Positions 1 through 8,866 are shown, numbered from the stretch's first letter. The stretch is 36,284 nucleotides of DNA from a virus (IMGVR_UViG_3300043399_000371:1-36284); one strand, 5' to 3'. The notes: a model not told the origin generated them from the letters alone. Numbers and translations: made by a program.

Positions 1-88
1 CAGCAAACATAGTGGGAAATTTCTGTTCCATATGTCGTTGAAAAGCAACATATTTATTAGATTCTTCTTGATATTGTTGATCACACAT
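1..88 (-). CDS. Hypothetical protein, N-terminal part only (runs off window edge): MCDQQYQEESNKYVAFQRHMEQKFPTMFA...
   Basis: Not in ORF track; translated by hand. ATG at 88-86 with GAAGGAG SD upstream and a sigma70 promoter just upstream. Confidence 0.7.
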   Translation of the reverse strand, partial: MCDQQYQEESNKYVAFQRHMEQKFPTMFA

Positions 89-116
89 TTGACACACTCC
101 TTCTATAATTTCTGTC

Positions 117-145
117 AGTTTACATCAACAGAGGGAGTGTGTCAA
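117..145 (-). promoter_or_regulatory. Sigma70-type early promoter TTGACA-17bp-TAAACT
   Basis: -35 at 145-140, -10 at 122-117, exact 17-bp spacer; embedded in an inverted repeat (89-104/130-145). Confidence 0.75.
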
Positions 146-146
146 G

Positions 147-416
147 TCATTCTTTGGATTGTTGTTGAAATTCTTCGTTTGCTGGAAGACCAATAATCAT
201 TTGAACAAAATCATTGGCATCATCTTCTGAGATGAAATATTTTGAGATGTATTGACCAGTTATTGTCGAAAGGATGTGAAGAATAATATGGTCATGGACA
301 ATTGAACATTTAATCATCCAACCATTCTTCAATATTGGTTTTGAAACAAGAAGATTATCTTTAATCTCTTTTTCAAAAAGCTTTCTCATTAAAAGGTTAA
401 TTTTATCTTCATCCAT
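147..416 (-). CDS. Hypothetical protein (89 aa)
   Basis: ORF fills the space between promoter elements; no recognisable motif. Confidence 0.6.
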   Translation of the reverse strand: MDEDKINLLMRKLFEKEIKDNLLVSKPILKNGWMIKCSIVHDHIILHILSTITGQYISKYFISEDDANDFVQMIIGLPANEEFQQQSKE

Positions 417-469
417 TCGATATACTTTTTAAATTTTTGGTTAATATTGTAAATTTCTTTTTTCCGACG

Positions 470-481
470 CTAAATATTTAG
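470..481. promoter_or_regulatory. Palindromic T4-like late promoter motif (CTAAATA on both strands)
   Basis: CTAAATATTTAG is a perfect 12-bp palindrome lying between divergent ORFs 147..416 and 501..1268. Confidence 0.55.
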
Positions 482-500
482 ACAACAAAAAGGAAGAAAG

Positions 501-1268
501 ATGGAAAATTGGTTTTATGAAAATGATATTTTTGTATTAGAAGAAAAAAGTCAATATGAAGGTTTTGTGTATTTGATAGAAAATAAATTAAATGGTAAAA
601 AATATGTAGGAAAGAAAAATTTTTGGTTTAGAAGAAAAAACAAAAAAACAGGAAGACGGGAAAAAAAAGAATCAGATTGGTTGGATTATTATGGTTCTTC
701 GGAAACTCTTCTTGAAGATGTCAAACTATATGGTAAAGAAAACTTCAAAAGAACAATACTATATCTTTGTTTCTACCAAAAACAAATGTCTTTTTACGAA
801 CAAAAAGAACAATGGTGTAGAAATGTTTTACTAGATGAAAATTATTATAACACAAATATAGGAGGAAAATTCTTTGTAAGAGAGAAACACATATTTGAAA
901 AAACAACTAAAGAAATAACTACAAAAAACGATAACTGGAGGAAAATAAAAAGCGATAATATGAAAGGAGACAAAAATATTGCTAAAAGACAAGATGTAAG
1001 AGAAAAACTTTCGGAAAAGAAAAAGGGAATCAACCACCACCAATTCAATAAACCAATTTCAGAAGAACACAAACTAAAACTGCACACCGCAGCAATGAAC
1101 AGTTTGGTGTGCAATTGGTTGATTACATTTCCAAATGGGGATAAACGCACAATATCTAATATGCTAAAATTTTGTAGGGAAAATAATTTATCACCATCGG
1201 CGATGACACAAGTTTCTAAAGGGAAAAGAAACCATCATAAAAATTTCAAATGTGTCAAAATTTCTTAA
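501..1268 (+). CDS. GIY-YIG endonuclease (Seg-like) with C-terminal NUMOD-type DNA-binding repeats; probable free-standing homing endonuclease
   Basis: GFVYLIEN...KKYVGKK, YYGSS and YYN motifs; C-terminal 'VREKLSEKKKG', 'ISEEHKLKL' and 'FCRENNLSPSAMTQVSKGKRNHHK' resemble NUMOD3/NUMOD1-like modules. Confidence 0.8.
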   Translation: MENWFYENDIFVLEEKSQYEGFVYLIENKLNGKKYVGKKNFWFRRKNKKTGRREKKESDWLDYYGSSETLLEDVKLYGKENFKRTILYLCFYQKQMSFYEQKEQWCRNVLLDENYYNTNIGGKFFVREKHIFEKTTKEITTKNDNWRKIKSDNMKGDKNIAKRQDVREKLSEKKKGINHHQFNKPISEEHKLKLHTAAMNSLVCNWLITFPNGDKRTISNMLKFCRENNLSPSAMTQVSKGKRNHHKNFKCVKIS

Positions 1269-1421
1269 TTATTCATCGTCTTCATCTACAGAAAATTCTT
1301 CTTCTATTAAATAAGTTGCACAAAAAGGACAAAAGTGGGGATCGTCCTCACAATTGTCCTCTGAATAAGTTATGGTAAAGATGCTATCACATTCTTCGCA
1401 TTTATGTTTAAGTTTCGCCAT
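1269..1421 (-). CDS. Small zinc-ribbon protein with acidic tail (50 aa): MAKLKHKCEECDSIFTITYSEDNCEDDPHFCPFCATYLIEEEFSVDEDDE
   Basis: Not in ORF track; hand translation. CxxC...CxxC; overlaps the end of the upstream ORF; stop abuts the GIY-YIG stop. Confidence 0.75.
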   Translation of the reverse strand: MAKLKHKCEECDSIFTITYSEDNCEDDPHFCPFCATYLIEEEFSVDEDDE

Positions 1422-1659
1422 CCATTGCTCTCCTATTTTGTTCTAACATTTTCATATTTAGAACAAAATTTTCAAGCACTAGTTTTGTAATCGTAGCTAG
1501 AAGAACTTCTGGATCATCAATCTCCGAAAACATTTCTAGTACGGAAAGAGCAATAAGATTATATGCATCATCCTCTGAAATCGTCAACATACCCCAATCG
1601 ATAGGGTCTTCACTTTCCACTTCTTTAGCTAAACTAATAATACTTTGTAGTGTAATCAT
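1408..1659 (-). CDS. Hypothetical acidic protein (83 aa)
   Basis: GAGGA SD; tightly packed after nrdB. Confidence 0.7.
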   Translation of the reverse strand: MITLQSIISLAKEVESEDPIDWGMLTISEDDAYNLIALSVLEMFSEIDDPEVLLATITKLVLENFVLNMKMLEQNRRAMDGET

Positions 1660-1665
1660 ATATCC

Positions 1666-2649
1666 TCAACTTGCCCAAACTTCGGACCAATTACCAGTCA
1701 TAGCACCCTTTGCATAATCTGTAGCACGATTCTCAAAGAAGTTTGTATGTGTTGGTGCGTTAATCATTTCTTCAACCCAAGGAAGCGGATTCTTCTTAAC
1801 CTTAAATATTCCTTTCATACCCATAGCAATCAAACGACGATCAGCAATATAACGGATATATTTCTTAACGTCATCTGGTGATAGGTTTTTCATTGGTCCC
1901 ATCTCAAATGCTAGATCAATAAACTTATCTTCTAATTCGACCATACGTTCCGCAATGGTATAAATTTCTGATTTCAAGTCATCAGTCCAGATTTCTTTAT
2001 TCTCCTCAATATAGGTTCTGAATAGCTTGATCATAGATTCTGTATGAAGTGTTTCATCAGCAATAGACCAAGTAACAATTTGACCCATACCTTTCATCAA
2101 ACCATGACGGGGGAAATTCAGAAGCATGATGAATGAACTGAATAATTGCATACCCTCAGTAAACGCGGAAAATACCGCAACGTGTTTAGCAGTATTTTCC
2201 TTGGTGGAATTTTGTGCAGAAATATCTAAAACATAATCATGCTTCTGTTTCATTGCATCATATTCCAGAAACTGATTATACATTGTTTCTGGAAGACCCA
2301 ATGTTTCGATCAGATGTGAATATGCTGCAATATGAAGTGCCTCTCTAGCAGCAAATCCAAGAAGCATCATACGAACTTCTGGTTGTGGGAAATATGGAAG
2401 ATAGTTCTTGACATATCCTCCCGCAACATCAATATCACCTTGAGTAAAAAATCTGAAAATATGTGTTAGAAATTCCTTTTCCCCTTTTGCAAGTTTAATT
2501 TTCCAATCTTTTTCATCTTCGATCATAGGAACTTCTGTGTGTAACCAATGAGCCTGTTCGTGTTGTAGCCAAGCATCATAGGCCCAAGGATAATTGAAAG
2601 GTTTAAAATTACTCCTTTCATCCATCAAAGTATATTTTCGTTTAACCAT
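1666..2649 (-). CDS. nrdB: Ribonucleotide reductase class Ia beta subunit
   Basis: Di-iron ligands (GDIDV, EALH, EGMQLFSSF, DETLH), radical Tyr in AAYSH, C-terminal NFFENRATDY. Confidence 0.97.
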   Translation of the reverse strand: MVKRKYTLMDERSNFKPFNYPWAYDAWLQHEQAHWLHTEVPMIEDEKDWKIKLAKGEKEFLTHIFRFFTQGDIDVAGGYVKNYLPYFPQPEVRMMLLGFAAREALHIAAYSHLIETLGLPETMYNQFLEYDAMKQKHDYVLDISAQNSTKENTAKHVAVFSAFTEGMQLFSSFIMLLNFPRHGLMKGMGQIVTWSIADETLHTESMIKLFRTYIEENKEIWTDDLKSEIYTIAERMVELEDKFIDLAFEMGPMKNLSPDDVKKYIRYIADRRLIAMGMKGIFKVKKNPLPWVEEMINAPTHTNFFENRATDYAKGAMTGNWSEVWAS

Positions 2650-2887
2650 TTAACCATTTCTCCAATTCTTCTTTTGTTCTCATACCAGTAAGTCTCTTCA
2701 ACACAACATCATCATCAAACAAAATCATTGCTGGAATACCACGAATGTCATATTGCCTTGCCAACTCTGGATGCTGTTCAATATCAATTTCCTCAATTGG
2801 AACTTCTGTTTTGACACTTTCTAGAGTTTTGCTTAGTTGCTTACAAGGTTGACACCAATCAGCATAAAACTTAATAACCTTTTTCAT
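2642..2887 (-). CDS. Thioredoxin
   Basis: FYADWCQPCK active site and cis-Pro motif GIPA; lies between nrdA and nrdB. Confidence 0.93.
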   Translation of the reverse strand: MKKVIKFYADWCQPCKQLSKTLESVKTEVPIEEIDIEQHPELARQYDIRGIPAMILFDDDVVLKRLTGMRTKEELEKWLNG

Positions 2888-2896
2888 ATTTTCTCC

Positions 2897-4696
2897 TCAA
2901 CCTTCGCAAGCAATACAGATATTATCATCTGTTGCTAACGCTTTTAAATCAATTTCATCAATTACTTGTCGCTCAATCTTCTTCGATACTTTATCTGCTT
3001 TTAGAATCTTCTCTGAACGGCAGTAGTACATCGTCTTCAAACCAAGCTTCCATGCCATAAAATGAACTGCATGAATGTATTTGATATTAGCATTTGGTCT
3101 AAAGAAGACATTTAAAGATTGTGCTTGATCAATATACTCTTGACGATCTGCCGCGTGTTGAATTACCCAACGTTGATCAATTTCCATGCTTGTTTTGAAT
3201 ACGTCTTTTGTCCAATCGTCCATCCAGTCGAGATGCTGAACTGAACCGTCATTAGCAATAATAGAACTCCAAACATCCTCATACCATGCCCCTATGTGTT
3301 TTTCCGATTCCTCACGAATGATCTTGTCGAGATACCTGTTCTTGTTGAGAAACGACCCCGATAGAGTATCTTGACGATAAGCATTGGCACGATAAGGCTC
3401 CACACTAGGAGAAGTGTTACCCATAATGATAGATGAAGATGCATTGGGAGCAACGGCCATAACATGAGAAAAACGAAGACCAGTACCCACAGCATCCGGA
3501 GCCTCGCCTCTTTCTTTACCAAGTTCGATATTTGCTTTGTCAAGACCATCCTTTATATGTTTAAAGATTTGTTTATTCCTACCAACTGCCAATGCTGATT
3601 CCCAAGGTAAATTATTCTTCTGAAGATATGCATGAAAACCTAGTGCGCCAACACCAATTGACCTTTCACGCATTGCAGAATACTTTGCCCTTTTAACCGC
3701 ATCTGGAGCATTGTCGATGAAGTATTGTAGCACGTTATCTAGCATCTCAGCAACATCACGAAGGAATAGAGGATCATTTTTCCATTCATCATAATATTCA
3801 AGATTCAATGATGATAGGCAACAAACAGCAGTACGATCTTTATCTGTTGGGAGAATAATTTCAGAGCAAAGATTGGACTGTTTAATACTTAGTCCTAACT
3901 TTTTTTGGAATTCTGGCATCATTTTATTGCTTGTATCAATAAAATGAAGATATGGTTCTCCAGTATGCATTCTCATATCAAGAATACGTTGCCACAATTC
4001 TTTTGCAGAAATTGTATCACGAATTTCACCATTATGAGGATCTTTCAAAAACCATGTATCATCAAAATCTTTATCAAGCATACATTGTTCAATAATACGC
4101 ATAAACTCATCTGTAATATTGATACCATGATGTAGATTTAGACAACGCATATTTTGATCGCCTGTAGGTTTACGCATCTCTAGGAAAGTTAAAATATCAG
4201 GATGAGAAATATCAAGATAAGCAGCGTAACTTCCGCGACGAGTTGAACCTTGCCTATACGCGAGAGATGAAGCATCATAAGTTCTAAGATGAGGCATAAC
4301 ACCAACAGACTTATTATCTGTAGACCTAATTCCAATACCGATTCCAACACCGCCCCCTAACATTGATAGCCAGTTTACTTCTGCAAGAGTGCTAACCAAA
4401 CCTTCCGCAGAATCGTGAAGATAGGGCAGAAAACATGATATAGGAAGCCCACGACTAGAACGCCCAAAAGAAAGAATGGGAGTAGAATAACTGAGCCAAT
4501 GTTTGCTGCTGTACTCATATAACCTCTGTGAATGATCCTCATTGGACCCGAACGCCTTCGATACATATGCTAACCTCTCTTGTGGTGAATTTTCGTCCTC
4601 CCTCATATACGATTCTTTCAACCTTGTCAAACCCAAAACATCGAATAGATTATCTCTTGAATAATCTACTTTAATACCGTTTACAATATTCTCCAT
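2897..4696 (-). CDS. nrdA: Ribonucleotide reductase class Ia alpha subunit (short, no ATP cone, no intein seen)
   Basis: PISCF, QSNLCSEII, VAPNASSS, LKTMYYCRS and C-terminal CIACEG motifs. Confidence 0.97.
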   Translation of the reverse strand: MENIVNGIKVDYSRDNLFDVLGLTRLKESYMREDENSPQERLAYVSKAFGSNEDHSQRLYEYSSKHWLSYSTPILSFGRSSRGLPISCFLPYLHDSAEGLVSTLAEVNWLSMLGGGVGIGIGIRSTDNKSVGVMPHLRTYDASSLAYRQGSTRRGSYAAYLDISHPDILTFLEMRKPTGDQNMRCLNLHHGINITDEFMRIIEQCMLDKDFDDTWFLKDPHNGEIRDTISAKELWQRILDMRMHTGEPYLHFIDTSNKMMPEFQKKLGLSIKQSNLCSEIILPTDKDRTAVCCLSSLNLEYYDEWKNDPLFLRDVAEMLDNVLQYFIDNAPDAVKRAKYSAMRERSIGVGALGFHAYLQKNNLPWESALAVGRNKQIFKHIKDGLDKANIELGKERGEAPDAVGTGLRFSHVMAVAPNASSSIIMGNTSPSVEPYRANAYRQDTLSGSFLNKNRYLDKIIREESEKHIGAWYEDVWSSIIANDGSVQHLDWMDDWTKDVFKTSMEIDQRWVIQHAADRQEYIDQAQSLNVFFRPNANIKYIHAVHFMAWKLGLKTMYYCRSEKILKADKVSKKIERQVIDEIDLKALATDDNICIACEG

Positions 4697-5368
4697 TTAT
4701 ACCTCTACGAATTCTTTTGCCATTGGAAAAATTTTACTTATTACATTTGCACATTCTTTAGCAATTAATCTATGTTCTTTCTGAGTACCGTTTGCAGACC
4801 TCAATTCAATATAATGAATAAACGAACGCAATGTCCCATTTACATACATTCTACTCACAGTATTTCCCTCTGGTAGAATAACCCGTGCCTGTTCTTTCGC
4901 AATACCATGATCAATTGCCCAAGCATAAGTTTCTTTTACCAGATTGATAATTTCTAATTGTTTTTGATCCCATTCAAATTGAAGACTTGGATTGTCTTGA
5001 ATTTCAATACTATTTTGCCTATTCTTATTGTCCTGCAACCTAGCTTCCCGAATAACAAAGTCTAGATCTTTTGTTGGATCAGCATATCGTTGACTAAATT
5101 CCTGAAATTGAAAACTACGATGACGAAGAATCTGTCTAGCAATATCCCTAGTTGTCTCAATTTCAAGACAAGCATTCACCATTTCAAGTGGACTCCAATG
5201 CTTATTTTTGACAAGATACCTGATAAGTTTCTCGCTTGTTTCCATATTTAATTGATTGCTTGGATTTGAAACTCTTGCACAAAAAGCAATCAGATCTTGT
5301 GCATCATCCAGTCCTAAATTTTTAAACTCATCGGATGCTTGTGAATAACTTACTAGTCTTACTTTCAT
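4697..5368 (-). CDS. thyX: Flavin-dependent thymidylate synthase
   Basis: RHRSFQFQEFSQRY ThyX signature; HWSPLE; AKEQARVILP. Confidence 0.97.
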   Translation of the reverse strand: MKVRLVSYSQASDEFKNLGLDDAQDLIAFCARVSNPSNQLNMETSEKLIRYLVKNKHWSPLEMVNACLEIETTRDIARQILRHRSFQFQEFSQRYADPTKDLDFVIREARLQDNKNRQNSIEIQDNPSLQFEWDQKQLEIINLVKETYAWAIDHGIAKEQARVILPEGNTVSRMYVNGTLRSFIHYIELRSANGTQKEHRLIAKECANVISKIFPMAKEFVEV

Positions 5369-5369
5369 A

Positions 5370-6407
5370 TTATACCCTTTTCCAAAATGTTAACTTGACA
5401 AATGCTTCTAGTCCGCTGAATGTATTTGTCTTAATAATGTTCTCAATGTCTTCTGATGTTCTCCCGGAGATGATCATGTCATTGATATCTTTCTCAGAAA
5501 TATTCTCAGGCCAAATTACTACTTTATAATTGTTATCGATTGCTGTCTTCACCATATTCACGATTTCTTTATTCTTTGGCTCATTATCAAAAACAAGAAC
5601 CACATCTTTCGCATTTAGTGCATTTGCAGCGATAGTGAGATTTGAGTCTCCGGATGCAACACAATTATCGAGAAAAAGACTGTCAATTGGTCCTTCGACA
5701 ATCTTCACTAATTTGTTTTTGTCTACTCTTTCCAGACCATAGATAAGCTTTTCTTTGCTTTCATCGGTCCTTAGTGTAACGTATCTAAGCTTGTTGGTGG
5801 TGGTGCCCAATGCTCTTCCACTAACAGCAATCAATTCATTGTACTCATCGAAAAACGGAATAACCAACCGTTCATCATCAGTAAGTTTGTCCTTACCGTG
5901 ATCAGGAATTAGAGTGTCAATAAAAAGCTTGTAGTGTTTAGTATATAGTAATTTATTATAAAACTTCTCTGGGATTTTTCTTGATTTAAGATATACTTTA
6001 CATGAATTTTCATCACTCAGATCAGAACAAAACTCTGCGTGTTCATATCCTTTTTTGTTCTCAATAGAACCAAACTTTGGTGGTTTGATATTGAAAGTGA
6101 TTGTGCTTTTCGTCTTGCCTCGACCAACTTCACCAGAGGTATATCGTTCAAGAATGTATTCTTTGTATAGTGTTGGGTCAATGTGTTCGATCAGTTTGGC
6201 AAGAGTTGTCCCTACACCACAGTTATGACAGGTATAGAAAAGATCATTGCCTTTTTTGAACGCATATCCACGAGCCTTGTGTAGATTTTTCTTTGAATCG
6301 CCACAAATTGGACAGGAAAAATTATAAAGATCGTCTTTCTTCTGCTTAAAATTACGCAACCTTGAAGAGATCAAACGAATATATTTGTTATCAGTATACA
6401 ATGACAT
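5370..6407 (-). CDS. 61: T4 gp61-like DNA primase (likely start MSLYTDNKY at 6407)
   Basis: Zn finger CPICGDS...CHNCG; TOPRIM VEGPIDSLF, VFDNEP and KDINDM motifs; GAGGA SD before 6407. Confidence 0.95.
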   Translation of the reverse strand: MSLYTDNKYIRLISSRLRNFKQKKDDLYNFSCPICGDSKKNLHKARGYAFKKGNDLFYTCHNCGVGTTLAKLIEHIDPTLYKEYILERYTSGEVGRGKTKSTITFNIKPPKFGSIENKKGYEHAEFCSDLSDENSCKVYLKSRKIPEKFYNKLLYTKHYKLFIDTLIPDHGKDKLTDDERLVIPFFDEYNELIAVSGRALGTTTNKLRYVTLRTDESKEKLIYGLERVDKNKLVKIVEGPIDSLFLDNCVASGDSNLTIAANALNAKDVVLVFDNEPKNKEIVNMVKTAIDNNYKVVIWPENISEKDINDMIISGRTSEDIENIIKTNTFSGLEAFVKLTFWKRV

Positions 6408-6426
6408 AGAACAATCCTCAAAAACA

Positions 6427-6457
6427 AACCCCATTGTACACGAAATACAATGGGGTT
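6427..6457 (-). terminator. Intrinsic terminator-like hairpin ending the late/lysis transcript
   Basis: 12-bp stem AACCCCATTGTA/TACAATGGGGTT, 7-nt loop, followed by TGTTTTTG on the minus strand. Confidence 0.65.
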
Positions 6458-6462
6458 GTCAA
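6433..6462 (-). promoter_or_regulatory. Sigma70-type promoter TTGACA-18bp-TACAAT for the primase-thyX-nrd operon
   Basis: -35 at 6462-6457, -10 at 6438-6433; overlaps the hairpin. Confidence 0.7.
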
Positions 6463-6478
6463 TACCTATAGTTTTGTT

Positions 6479-7129
6479 CTATGCCATTTTTTGAACTGTT
6501 CTTACAAGTGGAGCATCATTCGGATGGTTCACAACTTCATGTAATTTATGTTTCGGAACTAGGGAAACTGCTTGCGATTCCCAACCCATATTTGAAGGAT
6601 GACCACCAACTCTTCGGGCATGATAATATCTTGTGTACGATGTACTTCTTTCCACATCACCAGCATGACCAGTTAATTCAACTTTTAAACCACTTTCTTC
6701 ATGTGCTTCTTTGATGGCATTTGCTCTTAGGTTTAGACCGGGATCAACTTTACCTTTGGGAAATGTTGCAGAATATCCACCAAATTCATTTGTGGGATGA
6801 ACAACCCAAACTCTACCATCGTCCTCATGTACAATAACACCTGTGGCTAATTTCTTTCCTGATGGATTATGCACTTCTGGTTCTTCAAAATTACCCTGAC
6901 CCTCAACTTTATTCCAATCATGATTTGGGTCATGTTCCCAGCTACCAAACTTTTTGCTTTCATTTTGAATGTTGTGGTTTGGTGTTGTTGTTGCTACCTC
7001 ATTAGGATTGTCCCATGTCGAATGATGAGTTGGTTGGTGCGGACTATAAATTTCTACTTTACGTCCATCCTCATCTTTTTTTGGATGATAGCTAATTTCT
7101 TCTTTTATGTATTGTTTAAAAGTTTTCAT
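6479..7129 (-). CDS. Nudix hydrolase with N-terminal capsid-targeting-like leader
   Basis: Nudix box FPKGKVDPGLNLRANAIKEAHEESGL; N-terminus MKTFKQYIKEE resembles the T4 internal-protein leader. Confidence 0.9.
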   Translation of the reverse strand: MKTFKQYIKEEISYHPKKDEDGRKVEIYSPHQPTHHSTWDNPNEVATTTPNHNIQNESKKFGSWEHDPNHDWNKVEGQGNFEEPEVHNPSGKKLATGVIVHEDDGRVWVVHPTNEFGGYSATFPKGKVDPGLNLRANAIKEAHEESGLKVELTGHAGDVERSTSYTRYYHARRVGGHPSNMGWESQAVSLVPKHKLHEVVNHPNDAPLVRTVQKMA

Positions 7130-7587
7130 TTGAATATTGTTGCTAGTGTGTTTAAGTTAACGTTACCAATGACCCAACCAAAACCAAGAGCGGCACCAAC
7201 CAGCATCCATTTATATTTGTCGAACTCTTTAAAGCTTTTACTTTCCTCGACTTCTTTCTTCAAGTTTTGGTCGATCAATTCTGCTTTAAGATCATCGATT
7301 TTCTTAGCCAAATGTGTTTCGACTTCATTCATTCTGTCGGTAAGTTCACGATTGACTGTTGTGATTCTGGAATGTATTTCTTTAACGTCTTCTTTCAAAT
7401 CTCTTTCCGCTATATCGTGTTGTTCGTGTTTTTGTTCATGTAGGGAAATCATTTTTACAAGATTGCTGTTTATTTCTTGTATTTTCTCAATAGATTCTGA
7501 TACTTTCTGCCAAAGCTTATCAGTCATCTGTAAATCTTTTTGTAATAACCCGATTTCCAACTTTAATTTTCCTATATCTTCAGTCAT
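7126..7587 (-). CDS. Coiled-coil protein with C-terminal hydrophobic segment (153 aa)
   Basis: Heptad-rich body; WMLVGAALGFGWVIG is TM-like; lies in the lysis block. Confidence 0.65.
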   Translation of the reverse strand: MTEDIGKLKLEIGLLQKDLQMTDKLWQKVSESIEKIQEINSNLVKMISLHEQKHEQHDIAERDLKEDVKEIHSRITTVNRELTDRMNEVETHLAKKIDDLKAELIDQNLKKEVEESKSFKEFDKYKWMLVGAALGFGWVIGNVNLNTLATIFK

Positions 7588-7599
7588 ACGATCCTCTTA

Positions 7600-7986
7600 T
7601 TATATTTCTCTTTCTTCTTCTTGTCTTGGTCTTCTTCCGAATTTATTTCTATAACCAAAATCATTATAATAAGAATCATCATACTCACGATGATATTGTG
7701 CGCCAACTATTTTTTCTTTGCCTCTCGACCATGCAGCTATACCCAACACAGCACCCATAGCTAAATGGAAAAGACCAGCACCTTGTAATGTAAGAGGTTG
7801 CCAAGCTTCAATATCAGCACCTTTTGTTCCGACATATGCTTTAAATATTGCCCAGATTATAGGAAAAACAATAAAATCAGCAGTACAAACAACTAAGTAC
7901 AACCATGCCATCGCAGGTCGCCACTTACGATTCATCCAGTCTTCTTGTTTTCTTGCGGATCTGCTTTTTTGTGGTTCGTCTGTCAT
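7600..7986 (-). CDS. Putative holin (3TM/GTA-holin-like)
   Basis: WRPAMAWLY...PIIW...FHLAMGAVLGIAAWSRGKEK; TM helices; adjacent to the endolysin. Confidence 0.7.
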   Translation of the reverse strand: MTDEPQKSRSARKQEDWMNRKWRPAMAWLYLVVCTADFIVFPIIWAIFKAYVGTKGADIEAWQPLTLQGAGLFHLAMGAVLGIAAWSRGKEKIVGAQYHREYDDSYYNDFGYRNKFGRRPRQEEEREI

Positions 7987-8597
7987 GAAAATAGTATCTT
8001 ATATGTTTTTTCGTACTTTGATATTCTATCTTCAAGACCATTATAACCACCATTGATTGCTCTTGTCAATCCTCTCAAATCATTACTGTCTGCAAATTTA
8101 TTTAGGTTATTAATTTCCCAGAACCAACAGGCAGAATGAATAGCACCATCAAAGGTAGTGAGATACTCAGGAAGATCATCTACATCAAGTTCGACATAAT
8201 CTGCAAACTTTTTGTAGTTGTTGTATCCAGTTAATTGGATAAGTCCTCGCCCACAATATTTCCAGCCATCACCACTTGCTTCGTCTCCATTGCCCATTCT
8301 ATTAGCATAAACTCTACTCGCTATAGCTTGTTGGTTATGAGCATATTTTTTAGCTAGTTCATCATTTGGAAAATATTTTGGAAAAACTCTGCGTAGACTT
8401 TCCCAACGATAGTTTAAATTTTCTTTTAGAAAAGCAAAATTACCAGATTCGTGGGCACATTGCGATATAAATGCAGAAACTCTTTCCAAACCATCAATTT
8501 CATAGTTTGGAAGAAAGTCATTTAATGAAGAACACCATTCATCAATATACTTGTTTGTTGGTAGTATTAATGCTAACTTTTCTGGTTTTATAATCAT
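7983..8597 (-). CDS. Endolysin, glycoside hydrolase family 19
   Basis: FISQCAHESG, YANRMGNG, YCGRGLIQLTG and INGGYNGLEDR motifs. Confidence 0.93.
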   Translation of the reverse strand: MIIKPEKLALILPTNKYIDEWCSSLNDFLPNYEIDGLERVSAFISQCAHESGNFAFLKENLNYRWESLRRVFPKYFPNDELAKKYAHNQQAIASRVYANRMGNGDEASGDGWKYCGRGLIQLTGYNNYKKFADYVELDVDDLPEYLTTFDGAIHSACWFWEINNLNKFADSNDLRGLTRAINGGYNGLEDRISKYEKTYKILFS

Positions 8598-8866
8598 TTT
8601 TTTACGCTTTCATAATTTGATTTCTGTTCGTTATACCATTGAACCCACAAATCAACTTTTGTTTGACATTCGTGGTATTTTGCATAATTTGTTGTCACTA
8701 CTTTAACAACTTCACTCAATTTTGTTTCACCGTCTTTAACCTTATCCAACTCTGGACATTTTTCGCCGATCTCTTTTGGATAATCAGGGAACTTAGGGAT
8801 GTCGTGTGAAAATAATGAACATCCTGTCAAAAAGAAACAAAATAGGAAAATAGATATGGTTTTCAT
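8594..8866 (-). CDS. Putative o-spanin (outer-membrane lipoprotein)
   Basis: Signal peptide with lipobox FLTGC; Pro-rich start and additional Cys; in the lysis cassette. Confidence 0.75.
   Translation of the reverse strand: MKTISIFLFCFFLTGCSLFSHDIPKFPDYPKEIGEKCPELDKVKDGETKLSEVVKVVTTNYAKYHECQTKVDLWVQWYNEQKSNYESVKK

Noticed and set aside
1666-4696. Possible introns or inteins in nrdA/nrdB (also checked gp43, gp41 and thyX)
   Set aside because: All are continuous ORFs of expected length with no intein or intron signatures.
6408-6434. Longer primase start MGFVFEDCS from the ORF track
   Set aside because: That ATG lies within the -10 box and hairpin; the SD supports the start at 6407.
6869-7654. 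261-aa plus-strand ORF and other antisense ORFs (e.g. 845..1150, 13311..13634, 32065..32481, 28264..28587)
   Set aside because: Shadows of well-supported opposite-strand genes; Ser/Phe/Leu-rich antisense composition and no motifs.
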